38,789 nt of DNA from Octopus bimaculoides (Eukaryota): the NCBI RefSeq assembly GCF_001194135.2, contig NC_069000.1, positions 29,617,287 to 29,656,075 of the forward strand. Direction: 5' to 3'. A model generated the notes under the pieces. That model saw nothing but the letters and a program-made list of their open reading frames with translations, made no database searches and had not been told where the DNA came from. Below, piece by piece: positions 22,136-35,450 of the stretch. Numbering within the stretch: the first letter of the stretch is position 1; every line of letters begins with the position of its first letter. The position numbers and the translations under genes were made by a program.

Positions 22136-23475
22136 ACATTATAATAACGGTCATCCTTTATAATTAATCATTTTACACAATAAGAATGAAAATAGCTCCT
22201 TCATAATTTACGAAGAAATGCAGAATGGTTCTAATGTGCTGCCGAAAAGCCAAGGGATTAACTCTGCCTTAGCTATTGAATTATTTACAATTTGGTAGTA
22301 AAGAAATGTGTCCATCCTCCCGTTTGAAATTGCTCTAAACAGTAAGGATACAAAGTGACTTCTATGAAAACAGTTACTGGTTAACTTATAAGGACAGTTA
22401 TAAGCACATTCCAGAAAATAGCATTTTTATCCATGTTTTCCAAGATATATCTAATTTCTTTTGATGTAATAAAGGAAGCTCTTAATGTATCTCCCAAACC
22501 ATGAATATAATAATAATAATAAAACGATAATACTGATATTGATAATGAAGGTGAAGATGATGAGAGAGGGATCTAACTGCGAGTGGGTAGGGGTGTGTGA
22601 GTATGCGCGTGTGCGTGTGCAACTACTCCATTAAGTCTATACCACGGAGATTTTCAGCCAAGCGTGAGTTGGTAATCTCCAGTGAACATGAAGCCAAGCA
22701 TGAAATTATAGTATGTATCAAATGGTATCGACACTAAACTATAAAAACACGCCTAAATACATATATAAACACACTCACTCACACACATGCATGTATATAT
22801 GCGTATATATGTGTGTGTATGTGTGTATATGTGTGTATATGTGTGTACATGTGTAATTGTATGTTTGTGTATGTGTGTGCGTGTGTGAGCGTGTATGTGT
22901 GTGTATGTGTGTGTGTGTATGTGTGTGTGTGCGTGTGCATGACAGAGAGAAAGAGAGATAGAGAGAGAGAGTNNNNNNNNNNNNNNNNNNNNNNNNNNNN
23001 NNNNNNNNNNNNNNNNNNNNNNNNNNNNNNNNNNNNNNNNNNNNNNNNNNNNNNNNNNNNNNNNNNNNNNNNNNNNNNNNNNNNNNNNNNNNNNNNNNNN
23101 NNNNNNNNNNNNNNNNNNNNNNNNNNNNNNNNNNNNNNNNNNNNNNNNNNNNNNNNNNNNNNNNNNNNNNNNNNNNNNNNNNNNNNNNNNNNNNNNNNNN
23201 NNNNNNNNNNNNNNNNNNNNNNNNNNNNNNNNNNNNNNNNNNNNNNNNNNNNNNNNNNNNNNNNNNNNNNNNNNNNNNNNNNNNNNNNNNNNNNNNNNNN
23301 NNNNNNNNNNNNNNNNNNNNNNNNNNNNNNNNNNNNNNNNNNNNNNNNNNNNNNNNNNNNNNNNNNNNNNNNNNNNNNNNNNNNNNNNNNNNNNNNNNNN
23401 NNNNNNNNNNNNNNNNNNNNNNNNNNNNNNNNNNNNNNNNNNNNNNNNNNNNNNNNNNATATATACATACAATGT

Positions 23476-23545
<70 letters not shown>

Positions 23546-23739
23546 GAGTGAGAGTGTGTGTATGTGTGTGTATAGTATTATATGTGTGCACGCAGGCGCG
23601 CGTGTGAAAGTGCGCGCGTGCATATGTGTATGTATAGCGAAATAAATTAGCAGTTGATCAGATTTTATAAGTGTGACGAAAGACTATAATGTCTTTTAAC
23701 ATAAAGCAGTATAAAAGTAATAATAATGGTGATGATAAA

Positions 23740-24320
23740 AGAGGCAGAATAGTTCAGCTTAAACTAAGGATAGGTAACAATGGGAACGTTTATCTCTGCT
23801 TATGAGCCACAATGGAATCTGTTGTATAGTCAAAAGGGCTGTTTCTATCAGAACCTCTTACAGGCTACCTCTGTAATAAAGGATGGCGGCTTCATTACCA
23901 CAACTGTTACTTTTAATGGACATGTTGGACAGCACTATGATTGCTGGTCGGGTGTACGAGGTTGTTACAGATACAATACGAGGAATGAAGGAGTGATCAA
24001 GGTTCCTGGAGTTCTGTGTCGCAAATGACCAACCCAAGTGCAACACAAACCTCAGGAAACCAAACAGTCAATAGATCCCCCGACCAACCAAGCGAACATG
24101 CAGGCCATCATCCCTTGGAAACGAGTAAGACGGAAGTCTACAAATGAGACAGGAAGAGAACAAGATCCTGCTGCCATCAGAGAAACAACCATGATCGAAG
24201 TGAAGTAGGTTGGAATTCCTTACTGTGTACCCAGTGTAAACTTTGTTTTCACAAGAAGAGTAGTGAGATCAGAAGGGGCTGACAAAGAAAAAGACTGTGT
24301 ATAGCCGATGCGCAGGGGGT
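23740..24320 (+). mobile_element. RTE-clade LINE apurinic endonuclease fragment
   Basis: FISAYEPQ...KGCFYQNL...TFNGHVG...GVRG...RNEG, then RFLEFCVAND in a shifted frame, matching the RTE/BovB EN pattern ISAYAPQ..GDFNGHVG..RNEEG.RLLEFC. Confidence 0.8.
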
Positions 24321-24370
24321 AGTTACCCGTCAGAAAACCTGTAAAATAGTTTCCAATGATAGGAAGACAC

Positions 24371-24587
24371 AAGGCGGCCAGCTGGCAGAATCGTTAAGAC
24401 GCCGGGTAAAATGCTTAGCAGCATTTCTTCGACTTTACGATCTGAGTTCAAATTCTGCAGGGGTCCACTTTGCCTTTCATCCTTTCGGGGTTGATAAAAT
24501 AAGCACCAGTTGAGCACTGGGATCGATGTAATCGACCTACTGCTCTCTGCCGAGATTGATGGCCTTGTGCCAAAATTTGAAACCAAA
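24371..24587 (+). mobile_element. tRNA-derived SINE (aaggcggc family) with 13-bp TSD
   Basis: Colinear with the 16937 copy. Flanks gataggaagacac (24358-24370) and gatagaaagacac (24588-24600), 12/13 identical. Confidence 0.92.
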
Positions 24588-25379
24588 GATAGAAAGACAC
24601 CATCGAAGAAAACAATAGCTTCTATTACTCATCTAGTGTAATCGTTTGATGAAAAAGATATATACAAGCACACGATATATGTATGTATATTTGTATTGTG
24701 TACCTGCTTAATAATGGATTATTTAGTCTCTTTCTAGTTAGAATTTGTTATTAGTTATTTGTTTTAGATAGATTTTGCCCTATCTTTATTGNNNNNNNNN
24801 NNNNNNNNNNNNNNNNNNNNNNNNNNNNNNNNNNNNNNNNNNNNNNNNNNNNNNNNNNNNNNNNNNNNNNNNNNNNNNNNNNNNNNNNNNNNNNNNNNNN
24901 NNNNNNNNNNNNNNNNNNNNNNNNNNNNNNNNNNNNNNNNNNNNNNNNNNNNNNNNNNNNNNNNNNNNNNNNNNNNNNNNNNNNNNNNNNNNNNNNNNNN
25001 NNNNNNNNNNNNNNNNNNNNNNNNNNNNNNNNNNNNNNNNNNNNNNNNNNNNNNNNNNNNNNNNNNNNNNNNNNNNNNNNNNNNNNNNNNNNNNNNNNNN
25101 NNNNNNNNNNNNNNNNNNNNNNNNNNNNNNNNNNNNNNNNNNNNNNNNNNNNNNNNNNNNNNNNNNNNNNNNNNNNNNNNNNNNNCTGTCTGTCTATCTA
25201 TGATGTCAACGATTTGATGGCACATCCAGAAGAATAACGTTACGCAATTAGGCCTATGGACTTAAATGCACTGAAACCATGCTGACTCTTGTTCCCATGG
25301 CAGACGAGAGATATACTTATTGTCCTGTTTAGTTAACAGTTTCAATAGTTTTTTTTCCATGTCGTCTCACTTTATGTTG

Positions 25380-25428
<49 letters not shown>

Positions 25429-25995
25429 GATAAACTTATTTCTTCATCATAGCCTGTGGTTTCACAATTTCGATTCCTAACAATGATAAAGATTTGACAA
25501 ACTGTATACTTCATATGTAGATGATTTGCTGAGAAATGGTCGTTGCGATGAATCTGGGACATCATGATGTTCGTATGCGTGCGCGCGCGTGTCATTGTCC
25601 TAATATGTCCAACTATAGCTTCCATCCGCCTTCCGTTCTTTTTTTTCTTATCTTTTAAATTGAAAACTTCTTGTCAGAACACACCTTCACAGCGTACCTT
25701 AGTATTACTTTAGATTCGGTTTTATCCCGACACTCTTCCTCATATACATCAACTACTTATGAACTGTCGCATCCTGGAACTCCTGCAGATTTGCAACAGA
25801 TAATTCTCTTCATCACTCTTTCGCAACCAAGCTTCAACTCAATGAACCTTACAGACTTCACGATAAATCTGTACTGACTCTATAGACAAATTCGTGGAAA
25901 ATACACTTCAATGGGGTTATATCAGTCTTTCAATAGCTCAGCACCATCACCACACTTATCAGGAATCTATACGAACCTCACAAAAGAATGATCAT

Positions 25996-26000
25996 ATATG

Positions 26001-26072
<72 letters not shown>

Positions 26073-26145
26073 CAGACAGGCAGACAGGCAGGCAGACAGG
26101 CAGGCAGACAGGCAGGCAGACAGGCAGGCAGACAGGCAGGCAGAC

Positions 26146-26180
<35 letters not shown>
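25996..26180. repeat. (AGAT)n/(AGGC-AGAC)n/(AGAT)n compound microsatellite
   Basis: Direct reading. Confidence 0.96.
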
Positions 26181-26181
<1 letters not shown>

Positions 26182-26354
26182 GACCATCATTATCATCAAC
26201 TTAGGCACGCACGTCAATATCAAACTCTGTGAGTTCAGTTTTTCAACCAACTGAACAATCCTGCTCATTCAATAAGCCTGCGAAGTGGCTTAGTATTCCA
26301 CAGGCTTATGTACCCTTAACGTAATTTTCGGGTAGAATCAGCGTGTCGTCCATC

Positions 26355-26510
26355 GGACGGTTTTCTATGCAGCTTCCCGTTACCTAAATTCAGTCAAAAA
26401 GCTTTGGTTGACGCGAGGCCATGACAAATGCACTTGTGCAAGAGCCCATGCAGAATCGAACATGGAACGGTGCAGCAAAAAAGTGAACATTTTAGCCACC
26501 CATTTGTGTG
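26355..26510 (-). mobile_element. Highly diverged SINE (second family)
   Basis: cagcttccc...aaattcagtcaaaaagctttggttgac...cacttgtgcaag...aatcgaac resembles the 21575 and 26615 copies. Confidence 0.5.
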
Positions 26511-26614
26511 TAACAAAAGCTTTATTTCTTTGTATCTTTGCTAAAAACTAGCTCCTTCCTAACTGGAAGCATTCAAATAATTAAAACAAAAGAGAACACA
26601 CATTATATCATATT

Positions 26615-26765
26615 CACAGTTTCCGCCCACCAAATTCGCTCAAAAGGCAGTGGTCAATCTAGGGCTGTAGTTGAAGATACTCGCCCAAGGTGCCGCGCAG
26701 TGGGACAGAATCCGAAACCACGTGGTTGCAAAGAGAGCTCCTTAAACACACTACCATGACTGCAT
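26615..26765 (-). mobile_element. SINE, second family
   Basis: cagtttccg...ccaaattc...gctgtagttgaagatactcgcccaaggtgccgcgcagtggga...aaaccacgtggttg colinear with the 21575 copy. Confidence 0.85.
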
Positions 26766-26851
26766 CCATACATACATGCATACATTCATACATACATACA
26801 TACATACATACATACATACACCCACACATATATATACATATTGTGTGTGTG

Positions 26852-26896
<45 letters not shown>

Positions 26897-26974
26897 CATA
26901 AAATTATTAAATATCATATATACATATTATGTATTTTATATATTATATATATATTGTATATATATTGTATATAC

Positions 26975-27820
26975 TGTAGTTCCACTCTAGCGTTCTATAG
27001 AGGGCTAGTTGGAGGGGAAGTGCGACNNNNNNNNNNNNNNNNNNNNNNNNNNNNNNNNNNNNNNNNNNNNNNNNNNNNNNNNNNNNNNNNNNNNNNNNNN
27101 NNNNNNNNNNNNNNNNNNNNNNNNNNNNNNNNNNNNNNNNNNNNNNNNNNNNNNNNNNNNNNNNNNNNNNNNNNNNNNNNNNNNNNNNNNNNNNNNNNNN
27201 NNNNNNNNNNNNNNNNNNNNNNNNNNNNNNNNNNNNNNNNNNNNNNNNNNNNNNNNNNNNNNNNNNNNNNNNNNNCCGTTCAGCACGCCCTCATCCAGTG
27301 TCCGAGTGTTGCTGAACTGTGGGTTTATGTTGAACACCTGCTGTCGCGTGTAGGACGCATCCGGCTATCAGCTGAATCCGTAGTGAAGATTGCCCCACCG
27401 CCCACCTTTGGCCGGGAGGGGCGTGCAGTTTTATTTGTCTGGTGACTCTAGCGAAAGAGGTAGTTGAGGGTGGAGAGGGAAGTTTTGCCTTGTAGCAAGT
27501 TTGTTGAAAGGTGGGTGAATGTTGGAAGAATGGCCAGTGTGAAAGGACCAATTCTGAGCATACACCTGTGAAAAAAGAAATTAAAGAAGGGCTCTTGCCC
27601 TGTTGATCAGGCACCCGTGGCTTTTGAGGGGGTTTCCACGAGGACCTTAAGTTGCCTCTCTCTATTGAGAGTTTTATTTTGTTTGTTTCATTGTTTTTTT
27701 TTATGATGTTTACTCGATTCGAAAATCCATTGTATAGTCTTGTGTTGTTGTTTATGTTTGTGTCATGTCATTTAATGTTGTTTTATGTAAGCCCTTGTGG
27801 CTAATAAAAGAATTAATTAT
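26975..27820 (+). mobile_element. L1/Tx1-clade LINE 3' fragment (copy 3) with 3' UTR and poly(A) signal
   Basis: SSTLAFYRGLV [gap] VQHALIQCPSVAELWVYVEHLLSRVGR (end of the CCHC region), KFVERWVNVGRMA...IHL*, then a 3' UTR ending gcccttgtggctaataaaag. Confidence 0.88.
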
Positions 27821-28673
27821 ATATTATATGTATGCATGTATACACACACATACGCGCGCACACACATGTATGTGTGTGTATGTGTACATGTCATAATGAC
27901 TGCATTCACTTTAGGATGTATATTATATAGTGCGTACACACCAACACAGCTTTCGTGTATACAGTAAAAATTGCACATACAGATTGCATCACATGCACTG
28001 GACATACACAGTAACTCATTGTATACGCAATTTGCGTCACGTGCACTGGACACATATGCATACATTATACATACATATTCCACTAATTCTGCATCTACAA
28101 TGCGCGCACAATATAATGCATATTGCATTCATTGCACTTATACAATGCATACACGTTGCTCATGCTACAAGGATATATTTATATTCACGTTTATATACAT
28201 ATGTACATACATATATGTGGGTGGGGGTATACACATGTACATATGTACATACAGATATACATATATAGAGAGCCACACGCATATATTTATATCAGTGCAA
28301 CAGTATATATACGTGCATGTAGGTGCATGCATGTATTATTGTGTGGTGTATATAATATACACGCTCCTTTCTATACATATCTATATATCACAAATATTCG
28401 TGCATATATATGCATATATTTATTCAATATTTTATTACGATATGTAGTTCAAGACTACAGTATTATACAAACGGTCTATATACAAATTTCTTTTAAAACG
28501 TGTGTGTGTGTGTGTGTATGTGTGTGTGTGTATGCATACATATATATTATGTTTATTTTTGTCTCTATATATATGTACACTCACACATACACAAACACAC
28601 ATACACCATACATAAATCATATGCATTCATGCATTCATATATACTTGCACTCACACACGTTTGTGAGTATTAT

Positions 28674-28712
<39 letters not shown>

Positions 28713-29021
28713 TATAGGCTCGCACATGCATATACAAGATGTGTGCGTATATGTGTGTGTGTGTGTGTGCAAATATTGTACCTTGCACACACGCAGACAG
28801 TATATCTAAAACAAACGCACATGTAGATATTGTGCGTATAAAATATACACTTTATATGAATGTATACATACAGTACACGTAGCATGCAGAAACAATTCAT
28901 AGAACACCTGTATATTATATACAATTATACATACATGATCTTTGTGCACCTTTTATACAGATTATATGTAAGCTGCTTGTACCCGTGCACCCTTGAACAA
29001 TACTTCCCTCGCGCGCGCGCG

Positions 29022-29073
<52 letters not shown>

Positions 29074-29328
29074 GTACATATGGACACACGCTAGCATGCA
29101 ACGGATTACACGAATTCGCACCACTACACATGCATGCAACCACAGAATACATACAATGCACATATGCATAAAACACACACCTCACACACTCAGACATACA
29201 GGCATGTACACATGCACACACGCCTGCACATACACACACGAATGGATGGAAGACAACTGTATGCGACTCACCTGTTCGTAATGTCGTCTGCTCGATCAAA
29301 TAGTAGCTGCATTGATCGACGTATGTTT

Positions 29329-29360
<32 letters not shown>

Positions 29361-30400
29361 ATGAAAGAGAGAGAGAAAGTGTGTGTGTGTGTGTGTGCGT
29401 GTGTGTGCGCGCGCGCGTGTTGGTGTGTGTGTGTGTGTATTTGTGTGTGTGTGTGTGTGTGTGCGTGTGCGCGCGTGCTTGCATGAGACGTCTACTCTGT
29501 GTTCGATGTCGTCTGCTCAATCATACAGTTGCCATATTGTATGTGTATGTGTCATGAATGCATGTGTCCTCATATAAATATATGTATGTACATATGTCTG
29601 CATGTATATATCTTGTGTATGCATGTATGCATGTATATATGTATATGCGTATATGTAATGTGCATGTATATGTATATATTTATACACACACACACATATA
29701 CATATATGTATAGGCACTCGTACATATATATCTTTATATCTTTGTGTTATAAGCGTTTACGTATGTGTTTGTGTATGTAAGCATGTGTGTATGTGTTTGT
29801 GTGTAATGAGTGTTTTGTTGTTCTATTTAATGTCTATATTTGTCCTTGTTTATGCCCGTGATTGTGTTATGTATGTATGTTTGTATACATGTCCTATGTT
29901 ATAGATGCATATCTATATATGCATATATCTATACCAGCCTCTTTATATGTGAATATGCCGCGTTTATTATGTATTTTAAGTTCATGTGAGTGTGTTTATG
30001 TTAAGTTTAAGTTAAGATTATGTGTGCCTGTGCTTGCATATATATAAATGCTCGCATATACATACATATATATATATATATATAACAGAAACTCAATGAG
30101 ATTGTGCATATTTACTTTACACAGCTGTGTGTTCGTATATGAAGACGTATATGTGATGCAGGGGTGTGTGATATTAGAGTGAAAGTATGATTATTTATCA
30201 ATCTATGTACTTGTATGTGTTCGCATGCTCTGACCGTTGTGAGTGAGTGTGTGCACATATTTTGTATATGTGCTTTGCATGCATCTAAAATCGTGCATAT
30301 TTCTGTGCTGGTATGAGTGTATATCTGCAAAGAGACTTGACTGCTTGTGTGTTATTGTCTAAATATGTGCATATTCGAGCGTGCACATATTTGCTTGTGT
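27820..30400. repeat. Long cryptic alternating purine-pyrimidine (CA/TA/TG) tract
   Basis: About 2.5 kb of near-continuous RY alternation with embedded pure (CA), (GT), (TA) and (CG) runs. Confidence 0.85.
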
Positions 30401-30629
30401 GTGCTTGAGTGCTTGTCTGTATGGTTTTCTTCACCATTCCACAACTCCCCCCCTACTTCACTTCTATTCCTAATTCTTCAGCTCTCCTTACTCCATATAC
30501 CTTCTCTCTCCACCTCCTAGTCTACGTTTTCGATGTGTCTGCTAGAAATAGCAGCGAAATGCCCACAAATGACACCATGTCTTTAAAAAGAAGACGATAT
30601 AGCCCTCCTCTTTTCTTAAATAGACAGAT

Positions 30630-30675
30630 GGTAGACAGACAGACAGACAGACAGATAGACAGACAGACAGACAGG

Positions 30676-30718
<43 letters not shown>

Positions 30719-31105
30719 TAACAGTCGTCATTTCACTTTTCCCCCCTCTCTTCTCCCAGGACTTCTAAAGCCTGTTCACCTGTCTTGGTCTCCTCCCCTT
30801 CAACCTCTCTCTACAATACTAATCACTTCGACTCCTGCTCCTACTATCATCTTTGCTCCATCTTCCTCTGTCTTTTCATAGAGACAATGTGTAGTGATGT
30901 CACTTCCCTCTTTCTACTGCCGTTCGTCCCAATATGAACACCTCACTAGTGACCTCAATCTCTTATCGAACAACGGTCATCGCCCTCTGCAACTGCAGCT
31001 ACAGCATCGACACATCCTCCATTTACTGACAGCAACAAAAACACTAGTTTTCATTGCTTTTACTCTTGTCGTTGAATCGGTCTTCCACCTTCCGATGTCA
31101 CTGAT

Positions 31106-31187
<82 letters not shown>
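30630..31187. repeat. (AGAC)/(AGAT)n at about 30630-30717 and (CT)n at about 31107-31187
   Basis: Direct reading. Confidence 0.93.
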
Positions 31188-31194
<7 letters not shown>

Positions 31195-31268
31195 ATGTAT
31201 CTATATCTCCCTCTTTTTTTCTCCACGTGCATATGTAGATGCGAGTACACACACATATATACATACAT

Positions 31269-31299
<31 letters not shown>

Positions 31300-31394
31300 G
31301 TTCAAAAACACAATAACAAAAAAACAAAAAACAACAAAGTGAGGACGTGATATGGATAGTATTATTGGACGCTCAGGAAAGGAATATATATATT

Positions 31395-31435
<41 letters not shown>

Positions 31436-31739
31436 AACCAACTTAAGGTAGATGCTGTCGGGTGTGGTTCACTGAGGGCCCATGAATCATTCTGGTGAGA
31501 GTAAGACATATTACAATGGAAGTTGAGTCCACTTTTTTTAATATAATATTTATGCCCGTGAAGCACCCGAAGATGGTCATGAGTGTGTGTGTGTGTGTGT
31601 GTGTGTACGGGTGGAGTAGATGTTTGTGTGTGTATGTACATATATGTATGTAGGTCAATCAATACATAGATTTCCGTGGAAAGTATAAGCCCATACCATA
31701 CACATTGAAACACACATCTATGTATATGTATACGTATGT

Positions 31740-31809
<70 letters not shown>

Positions 31810-31826
31810 GTATGTATATATGCATA

Positions 31827-31872
<46 letters not shown>

Positions 31873-31879
31873 CATTTAC

Positions 31880-31915
<36 letters not shown>

Positions 31916-31997
31916 GCACATACATACATGTATGTATGGATGCAAGTATGTATGCAGACACACGCACACACGCATACATATGTATGCATGTGTGCGT

Positions 31998-32052
<55 letters not shown>

Positions 32053-32648
32053 CGTGCGTGCGTGTGTGCTAATCAATGAATCAATACGAGCATTTTTATA
32101 TGTGGATGAGCGCATACATATATACAGTGAGTCGGGTATGAGACATACAGTAGTGTTTTGTGCTTCCTACCCTCACATACAGGCAATGAAAGCTGACAAA
32201 TCTTGTATAACACACACACACGCACGCACACACATTCACACACACACAAACCCACTCCCACTACCTCTACACTTCATTGTACAGATGTGGCAACCTGACA
32301 CCCTACCCGATTTCTTCATTCTTTGATTCGGATTCCAGCCGGAATACCATGATTTTTAAACATTTTAGAAGTTAAAACTGTGTTCTTATTTATATTAATT
32401 CCCACTTGCATTGCCAAATATAACGGATGCCTGTATCAGAATTGTGTGAAATGTAATTATGTGAAAGAACTCAATACTGCTAGTTAGGGTGGAATAATAT
32501 TTATTCAAAACTGTGTCTGTTTGAATCGTTACTCGAATTTCATTCCCCAATAACGGGATACGAATCACTGATCTCCCACTTGGTTGCCTGTTACACTATC
32601 GACTCGATCGGGTCTCTCTCCCTCTCTCCCCTTCACTCCTCCTCCTTC

Positions 32649-32707
<59 letters not shown>

Positions 32708-33329
32708 ATGCGTGCGTATGTTTGTGCGAGTGTGTATTGATGAACTTTTGCAAACAGAAAACCATTCAACACATTGAATATGTATATTTTATCAGAAACT
32801 AAAGCTTCTTGAAACATAACCCTGAGTTTCACGGATCCGATTGTTCAAACGATTAAAACCAGGAATGCAGGATTCCAATTTTTAAGCAAAATTATTCACA
32901 AACACAACGTACTATGATCAGACAATACAACAATGGGATGTGATTGGCTGCTGAAAAAAAAACGTCAGAAAATACCTCACATGTACACATTTATAAACAT
33001 GCGTAGAACACGTGATATTTTCATCTGCACATGTACAAGGAGAAACACTTAATGTTTTCAGGTCTTCACTGTCATGGGGAAAAAAAACATTCATAAGCAA
33101 GGCAACCCGCACGTATTAACCTTTTAGTCATGATGAATATATGAATCTGTTTTGCTTTTTGTTTTTAAATGACGCTCTCTCTGCATATTGCATGTCTATT
33201 ATGAAGGAATAAAATATGTTAGCCGGTTACTAGTGGAAAATTTCTCAACTGGATTCTGAGGCGAAATTTATGTCAAAGTAAGTCTGACTTTAATTGTGCT
33301 GCTCATAATAATGACATTAAAAGGCAGTA

Positions 33330-34100
33330 ACTCGAAAGATAGAACGCTTTACAGTACAAACACTAATAACAAAGGCAAAAAGAAGAAAACAGGAGATTAT
33401 ATGATATAATCCCCTCTATAATTTAAATGTTCGCTCTAATACTGCTAGTATTTCCTGAAACCCTACAAATAAGCATTTCTCCAACGATCAACTGTATCAT
33501 AAGATCTTTAATAAAAATAGTGTTACGGTGAACTTTAGTTGCACCAAAAGCTTCGCTGCTTCTATAGCGTATATAAATAAACACAAGAAAAAAACAAACT
33601 AGAACTAGCCTGGAACATGATTCTCATCTATGTAATTGTAGCAATATTAATATTGCCTTCTCAGTGATAGGTTTCTTTCTAAATAAAGTATTAGTATATC
33701 GGGATAAAGTCTTTCTTGCAATGATATTGAAACAAAACAATTACTTGGAGTTCACTGAAAAGCATTTAAAAGGAAGATTTTCACAACATATGTACACATT
33801 CAGACACTCAAAAATATGCTTTACTTCTCCACTACTCAAATATATCTAAAGCTTAGCGGGTAATAATACGAACAATTATAAAGCAGAGTACACCGTTATA
33901 AAACAGGTACAGCACCTACCCTACATCAACGATTACAGAAAGTGTTACCTCAGTTTCTCGGAAAATTATAACAACCTCTTACAGCCTCTTAAATTTTTGA
34001 TTCAAGATCAAAAACAATAGATTCTTGCACATACTTCCATGCTATTTATTGAAGAATTTCTAGTTATCAATTGGCTAACAAATTTTAATCTGACATAATA
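33330..34100 (+). mobile_element. Second Penelope-like element, 3' fragment (linker plus GIY-YIG), Naiad-like pattern
   Basis: KRRKQEII.YNPLYNLNVRSN, NKHFSNDQLYHKIFNKNSVTVNFSC (consensus RNIIWFNPP...KHFP...HKIFNRNTVKVSYSC), CNC, KVLVYR, YLGVTEK.FKGRFSQH..TF, KYI, KCYL..SE, LLN. Clade label is from motif memory. Confidence 0.8.
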
Positions 34101-34373
34101 GAATTACCGCGCTCTCAAAGATTGTAAAGATAAAAATCATTTATTCAAGATTAAAACTTTAAGAAGAACCGATTTCCCCGTCGGGAAACTGATTCTTCAT
34201 AAAGAGTATTTTTTAAACATAACACTTCCAATATGGGAATCTTCGATCAGTCCAACGATTTCTAACAGGAATGAAAATAGTCACTGAAGAATTATATCTT
34301 CAATTTCCTCAACAAAAATCTACACTCTGTGTCTCTACTGAGTCTTTTTCTTCTCGAGACACTTATATTTAGT

Positions 34374-34419
<46 letters not shown>

Positions 34420-35221
34420 TGTGTGTGCGTGCGTGCGTGCACGCGCGGGCGTGAATGTAGGCGTATAGGCGTGTGAATAGGAGTATGTCAGTAATTGCCA
34501 CACATTCTAAAAACTTTTTATTTTGTAAAAACTGTTTTACAATTTATATTCAAATTAAACATCTTACAGTGCTACATGTAAAGCTTCTCGACCTTCTACC
34601 GAAGCATTTCAAAATATATTCTTCCTTATTATAACACTCGATGTAGCTATTTTTTTAAGTGTTTTTAAATTTCTTTTCTTTTTTTTTCTTTTATTTAGAA
34701 TAGTAGTTTTTTTAAATGGTGCATGTTTGTGTACGTCTTCCAAAATTGACTGTAACTGGCAAGGATTATAGATGTTAGAAAATGAAAATAAAGAATGAAA
34801 AATACATATTCATTTGCCATCAAGTTGAACTCTCAACAAGAATGAAATGTTTCTTTTCTCACCATCATTCTCATAGGTAAAATTTTAAAATTTCACTTGC
34901 TTAAATGGAAAACACTTTCTGATGTACAATACTACAGTTATTTCTTGTGGGAAGCCTAGCATTTTTCTGTTCATATTATATATTACTACATCACAATCTT
35001 GTTGCTTCAGAATAACGTAGAGCATAGGAATTCGTAGAGAAGTGTGTAAAGTTTTGTGCATATGCATCTATCTATCTATCTATTTATCTAATTATCTGTA
35101 TGTATGTATGTATGTATGTATGTATGTATGTATGTATGTATGTATGTGTACGTGTGTGTGTGTGGGTGGGTGTGTGTGTCTGTGTGTCTGTGTGTGTGTA
35201 TGTCTTTGTGTGTGTGTGGAT

Positions 35222-35450
35222 TTGAAGGCACTTGGTTAGGGTGTTGCACTTAGAATATCAAGATCGTGCTTTCGATTCCCAGTCACTTCATTTCCCGTTA
35301 CTCCTGTCCACTCCGCTGTAAATACATAGACCTGCAACGGACTGGCGTCCTGTTCGGGAGGAATGTTGGCCTACCGGCCTAGTCGGTCGGGTGGCATAAT
35401 TCGAAAGCTAAAAGAATGCGAAGCACATTGTGACCAGCCGTTTATAACGA
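35222..35450 (+). mobile_element. tRNA-derived SINE, third family, diverged
   Basis: ggcacttggttagggtgttgcact...gatcgtgctttcgattcc is a tRNA-like head. The body ctcctgtccactccgctgtaaat...gactggcgtcctgttc follows. Confidence 0.6.

Noticed and set aside
22651-22669. Possible 6-nt microexon (ttttcag-CCAAGC-gtgagt)
   Set aside because: Weak polypyrimidine tract and no host gene context; cannot be supported without RNA-seq.
16937-24587. tRNA-like A/B-box sequences as tRNA genes
   Set aside because: They are SINE heads followed by SINE bodies and TSDs, with no cloverleaf.
25650-25960. Possible further retroelement remnant on the minus strand (WLRKSD-like)
   Set aside because: Only one weak motif; too decayed to call.
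30894-31238. 114-aa ORF after a pyrimidine-rich tract
   Set aside because: No recognisable motif, and it ends in a (CT)n repeat.
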